Source of the DNA: Candidatus Kaiserbacteria bacterium
Lineage (GTDB): Bacteria; Patescibacteriota; Minisyncoccia; Phycocordibacterales; UBA2100
NCBI GenBank assembly: GCA_016204805.1
Contig: JACQKA010000004.1
Location: 1 to 12,576, forward strand
Length of the DNA: 12,576 nt
Direction: 5' to 3'
The notes below the pieces were generated by a model, which was not told where the DNA came from, ran no database searches, and saw nothing but the letters and a program-made list of their open reading frames with translations. The stretch's first letter is position 1, and each line of letters opens with the position of its first letter. Shown here one piece after another: positions 11,458 through 12,576 of the stretch. The position numbers and the translations under genes are program-made.

Positions 11458-12549
11458 TCAAATGCCGCGTAACGCGAGACCGATCGCGGTCGAGAGACCG
11501 AGCGCGTGATGTGAATCCACCGGCGGGATGTACTCTTCGAATGAGCAAACGTTCTGCCATACGTGCGCGTGGCTTGTCGGTGCACGCACACGCCCCGCTA
11601 TGTATTCGTCGAGTCCTTTCAGGTTCGAACTACCGCCAGTCAAGATGACACGCGACACCGGCGTTACGCGATTACCATGTTCATCGCGACGGGTGTCCCA
11701 GTATGAAAAGTGGCGGGCGACTTCATCTGCCAGAGCGCTTGCCGTACCGCTGATAGCTTCGACGACCTGCTTGTCGCCATCACGCGCGATGCCGTGTTCG
11801 TTCTTGAACTCTTCGGCTTTGTCGGCATCAACTTTCATCGTATCCATAATGACTTTTGTCATGGTGTCACCTCCGACTGACACCGTCGAAGTGAAGATGG
11901 GGATGCCTCTGTTCACGATGATGATACCCGTGCGGGCGCGGCCGAAATCCGCTATGAGCGCAACGTCTTTGCTCTGCGTGGGTAACACCGCCCGTGCAAT
12001 TGAACTGGCCTCGATTTCAAGCGAGAGCGGATCCGTACCCGCCACCTTGAATGCCTGCATATAGTCTTCGATCACTGTTTTCGGGAAGACTGACACGCTA
12101 ATCTCTGCGCCTTCATCGCCCCCATGCACATTCACGATGTCGTAATCATAGATTACACTGTCGGTTGGAAGCGGCACATGATCCTCGAGTTCAAATTCGA
12201 TCATGCGCATCACTTGCTCGCGATTATCGATCCCGAGCACGTGCATGGTGAACACGAAGCCAGTTTCTTCGGGAAGCGCTGCATGCACATAGGGAACAGC
12301 ATGCGCCGCGTCGCGAAGACCCGCGATGATTTTTCCCAGACGTTCGGAATCCTGCACGAGACCTTCGACGACGATACCCGGTTCGAGAGACGCTTGCGTA
12401 AAAGCCTCCACCTTCAACCCATGCGTCGACGGGGCGAGCGAGAGCCATTTGACAGAACTGTCAGAAATATCAACGCCGGCGGCATGCGGCGCAAGCATGT
12501 TTGGTAACGGGAACCATCGCTCCAAGAACCCCCGTGCATGCGGAGCCAT
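11458..12549 (-). CDS. pilM: Type IV pilus assembly ATPase-fold protein PilM
   Basis: The 363-aa actin-like fold shows GVDISDSSVKW, IADFGRARTGIIIV, VSVGGDTMT and VILTGGSSNLKGL. The start may be the internal Met at 12498. Confidence 0.85.
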   Translation of the reverse strand: MAPHARGFLERWFPLPNMLAPHAAGVDISDSSVKWLSLAPSTHGLKVEAFTQASLEPGIVVEGLVQDSERLGKIIAGLRDAAHAVPYVHAALPEETGFVFTMHVLGIDNREQVMRMIEFELEDHVPLPTDSVIYDYDIVNVHGGDEGAEISVSVFPKTVIEDYMQAFKVAGTDPLSLEIEASSIARAVLPTQSKDVALIADFGRARTGIIIVNRGIPIFTSTVSVGGDTMTKVIMDTMKVDADKAEEFKNEHGIARDGDKQVVEAISGTASALADEVARHFSYWDTRRDEHGNRVTPVSRVILTGGSSNLKGLDEYIAGRVRAPTSHAHVWQNVCSFEEYIPPVDSHHALGLSTAIGLALRGI

Positions 12550-12576
12550 CGGCTCACACCGATACGAGACTTCTGA

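Noticed and set aside
12550-12576. GGTGTG-N5-ATG upstream of pilM, which resembles the arm ends of the CATGCCC repeat family
   Set aside because: Only CAT and CACACC match, the intervening 5 nt differ and no partner arm is visible in the window. It is more simply a GGTG SD-like element 7 nt from the ATG.
1-12576. CRISPR arrays, rRNA genes, integrase or transposase genes and toxin-antitoxin or other defence modules
   Set aside because: I saw no regularly spaced direct repeats, no rRNA-like segments and no ORFs with recombinase, nuclease-defence or toxin motifs on either strand.

Overview
The window is compact and almost entirely minus-strand. All product calls come from motif recognition by eye; no searches were run. 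Reading high to low coordinates on the minus strand, the genes are:
- pilM-pilN-pilO plus a fourth small membrane ORF, joined by stop-T-ATG junctions
- a C39-like cysteine peptidase
- tRNA-Arg(TCT), convergent with tRNA-Val(TAC), which is the only plus-strand gene
- acylphosphatase, uppS and an RluA-family pseudouridine synthase
- rplS
- a free-standing LAGLIDADG endonuclease, tRNA-Leu(GAG) and a frameshifted purB
- a PduO-type adenosyltransferase and tRNA-His(GTG)
- a SIMPL/DUF541 protein and a PIF1/RecD-like helicase with a C-terminal HTH
- a 56-aa basic ORF that is absent from the ORF track
- secE and a partial nusG

The gene set, the near absence of GGAGG Shine-Dalgarno sites and the tailed housekeeping proteins suggest a small-genome, CPR/Patescibacteria-like bacterium. 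That is inference only.

I found no defence island, CRISPR array or obvious novel multi-gene system. The most interesting signals are non-coding:
1. A 24-bp inverted repeat brackets the helicase leader. Its distal arm is the exact antisense of the helicase start region and pairs fully only in the sense RNA.
2. An in-frame 84-bp insertion in uppS is bounded by perfect 18-bp inverted repeats and adds a CPxCG...CxxCG module. Its termini resemble the helicase repeat termini, which points to a dispersed element family.
3. -10-like hexamers sit 6-8 nt upstream of five ATG starts, which predicts leaderless mRNAs.
4. A low-GC block of about 2.2 kb carries the LAGLIDADG gene, tRNA-Leu and the frameshifted purB.
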